A stretch of DNA of 64,000 bases, taken from assembly GCA_030264375.1 (NCBI GenBank), contig JASCQW010000132.1:78404844-78468843 (forward strand), given 5' to 3'. Shown here one piece after another: positions 61,275 to 64,000 of this stretch. The translations under genes were made by a program, and so were the position numbers. The notes beneath the pieces are model-generated. The model searched no databases. It saw nothing but the letters and a program-made list of their open reading frames with translations, and was not told the DNA's origin. Numbering within the stretch: position 1 is the stretch's first letter; each line of letters opens with the position of its first letter. Source of the DNA: Carcharhinus longimanus (lineage: Eukaryota).

Positions 61275-63305
61275 GAACCATTGCTTTAGATTGAAAAATG
61301 GAGGATATCGCTTCATTATTTAAGAAAGGTGAGAGGGGAAATTATAGACCAGTTAACCTAATATCTGTGGTTGGGAAATCATTAAAGACCAGAAGTATAG
61401 GATGACTAAGGGGACTGGGAGGGTAAATATATGAGGCTACGGGAATAGGCACTGGGTGGGATTGTGGTGGGTGCAGACTCGATGGCTGAATGGCCTCCTT
61501 CACTATGATTCCAGCCGATCACAGAGAACAAGCATGGCTTTGAAACTGGGCACGTTTGATGAAGCTGATCAAATTGTTCACAGAGGTGACAAAAGTGGTA
61601 AATAGGGGATGTCATTTATATAGACTTGCAGAAGGATTTGATAAAGCCCCTGCTTTATAAGAAACTGCTGGCTCAAGTGGAAGATAAATTATTGACCTGA
61701 TTGGGAAATTGGCTGAGTGGCAGGGATAATGGGCTGATACACACAGAACCTGAATGTGACGCATGATATCCTAAAAGGATATGTTTTGGGCCATAGCTAT
61801 TCACCACATGTAATAATAACATAGATGATGGAATGGAAAACTACATGTCCAAATTTACTACTGGCATATGATGGACGATATTGTACACAGTGTAAAAGGG
61901 AGCATAAAATCACAAGGAAATTTTAATAGTTTAAATGAATAGGCAAACTGTGACAAATGGATTTCAAATGTGAGGTTAATGACTTTAGCCCTAGAAAGGA
62001 TGGAGCAAGTTACTTTCTGAATAGTGGAAAGATAGAAACAGTGCATGTCCAAAAAGGCTTCGAGATTCAGCGATATAGATTGTTAAAATATCATGAACAG
62101 GTACAGAAAATAATTTAAAAGACTAATGAAGTCCTTGCCTTTATATTTAGATCAATCAAATTCAAGGGGCTAGAAGTCATGCTTCAGCTTTGGAAAGCCC
62201 TGTTTAGGTCACACCTGTGGCATTGGGAGTAGTTCTGGACACCGCACCTTAGAAAAATCATATTGAGCTTCAAGATGTGTAACGCAGACTTACTGATTGA
62301 TACCTGGGTTTGGATTTTTAGGCCCCAACACAGGCAGAACAGGAGCAAACAGCGTTACTATAGTCATGTCAATCAATGTGCGAGTTCCCCATCTCCATTC
62401 TGCTGTGGGTGATTTCCCCAGGAGTGGATTGGGGTTTTGGTGGAAGCTGAATCTGGTTTTTTAGTCAGCATCCAGAACCCCATAGGCAGTGGAGGGGATT
62501 GGGGGAGGTGGGCACTACGTTGGCTTACAGGCACCCCCCCCTGCCCCAACCTGTTGCAGCGACTGCCACAAACTACCTTGCGGAGAGGTTCCCAACCCAT
62601 CCTCCACAATGGTGGCCCAATTGCTGGATCCATTTTCCACTTAAAATCTTTAAAAAGTTGGAGCAGGTGTCCCAATTTTGGTGCCTCTCTCTTCTCACTT
62701 AACCTGCTACTTCCAAGCCTCCCGTTTTGCGAACTTGCACATCTTCCTAAATTGGATAGAGAGCACATCTTCTGACCATTAATTGGTTAATTCAAGAAAA
62801 GTCCCAGCTGAGTGATAGTCCTGGCTTCTGAAAACCACTTGAGCCTGATGGTGGGGTCCTGAAGCCCGCAGAAAACTCTATTAAATTATGAGGAGTGATT
62901 CAACAAACTAGGTTTGTATTCGCTGGAATTTAGAAGCTTAAAGGGTGATTTGTTCAAAGTTTCCAAGGTTTGAAAGGATAGATAGAGAGAAATTATTTCT
63001 ATCATTTGGAAAGTCTGGGACTGGGGGCACAGGCTGTAAATTAAAGCCAGATTTTTCAGGGCTGAAATTAGGAAATATCTCTACATACAAAGAGTGATTG
63101 ACATTTTGAAGTCGCTGTTGCAAGAGCAAATTAATGCTAGATTAATTGTTCATTTTAAACTGAGATTGATAGACTTTTGTTAACCCAAGTTCTTAGAGGA
63201 TATGGGCCAAAAGCACGTTTTTGGAGTTAAGTTACAGATCAGTCATAATCTCACTATATAGCAAAACAGGCTCCAGGGATTTAAGGTCTACTTCTGTTCC
63301 TATGA
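61275..63305 (+). mobile_element. Decayed CR1 (RT to 3' end) with a nested SINE tail (61408-61511) and an unrelated repeat insert (about 62305-62880)
   Basis: LFKKG.R.NYRPV.L.SVVGK, IYIDLQK.FDK and RRLKGDL remnants, plus the tail ctacttctgttcctatg. Confidence 0.8.
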
Positions 63306-63556
63306 ACAGGAGTTGGTGTGAGTTGGAATATAGACAGGAAAGTTTTAGATGAGCTTAACTTTTCAGAGGCTGGAAGATTGTTGGCTGGCCAGGATGGCAT
63401 TGGAATAGTCGAAGGCATGGATGAGTGTTTCAGCAAAAAGTTAACTGAAGATGGGTCAAAAATTATGACTTCATTCTTAGCTGAATCAGAGATGTGTGGA
63501 TTTCATAAATAAAATTACCAGACACTTTTCCCATAAAGTCAGGGTCCCTTTACAAA

Positions 63557-64000
63557 TTATACATACTCGAGCAATGATCGATCTTCTGTAAAAGTCGACA
63601 AGCGACATTTGGACAAAAAATCCGAATATTTTGTACTTACCGTCTGCTCACCACTGAAGTCAAACTCATTCTGATGCAAATCTACATATTGATAGGATAA
63701 TACAATAGCAGAGCATTGAGGTTGGCTGTTCAGCTTCTCATTTTTGTGCATGTCAACATGTGATGTCAAGGCCACCACCTCACTGGTATGCACTGCATGC
63801 CTGCCGATCCCGTCCTTCAATATGGTATCAAGAAGGAATGCCAAATACACAGCCCAGTTCAAACATAAAGCCACTGAGATTGCAAAAGGGACAAATAACT
63901 GTGCAGCAGCTGGAGTATTCCAAGTAACAGAAAATAACATTAGATATTGGAGGAAACTGTCTGCACAGATAGGCAGATTGCTAAAGAGTGATGTGCACAA
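63557..64000 (+). mobile_element. pogo/Tc2-type DNA transposon 5' end with transposase N-terminus (ATG 63822, open to the window end)
   Basis: Degenerate terminus atacatactcgag...aagtcga. MVSRRNAKYTAQFKHKATEIAKGTNNCAAAGVFQVTENNIRYWRK resembles the Brinker-type DNA-binding domain of pogo/POGK transposases. Confidence 0.7.

Noticed and set aside
50078-64000. Next HDAC exon (TVVMP.A.EF.PD.VLVSAGFDA)
   Set aside because: Not found by eye. It probably lies beyond the window or in the 60736 gap, so its absence is not informative.

Overview
This is vertebrate nuclear DNA, almost certainly from a shark or other elasmobranch, judged by the HE1/V-SINE-type SINEs and CR1 LINEs. It is not prokaryotic: there are no operons, CRISPR arrays or rRNA genes, and nearly all entries in the ORF track are chance frames or transposon debris. 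The whole window lies inside one plus-strand gene, a class IIa histone deacetylase best matching HDAC9. Seven coding exons can be read with AG/GT boundaries and compatible phases: 4967-5144, 11455-11588, 26411-26531, 31629-31678, 40865-40972, 49583-49702 and 49980-50077. The two exons that normally carry NGFAVVRPPGHHA...GFCFFNS (about 56+88 nt, including the catalytic His pair) are not found between 40972 and 49583; they are most likely hidden in the 100-N gap at 44505-44604. The introns hold many CR1 fragments, two SINE families, a decayed Gypsy LTR element, solo LTRs, short TIR (MITE-like) elements, Penelope-type repeats with hammerhead-ribozyme cores and a pogo-type transposase start. There is also a locally triplicated L1-ORF1-derived module in which two copies carry an LTR at the same site. 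Five assembly gaps limit interpretation. Repeat boundaries were read by eye and are approximate; family names and cross-species comparisons come from memory, not from a database search.
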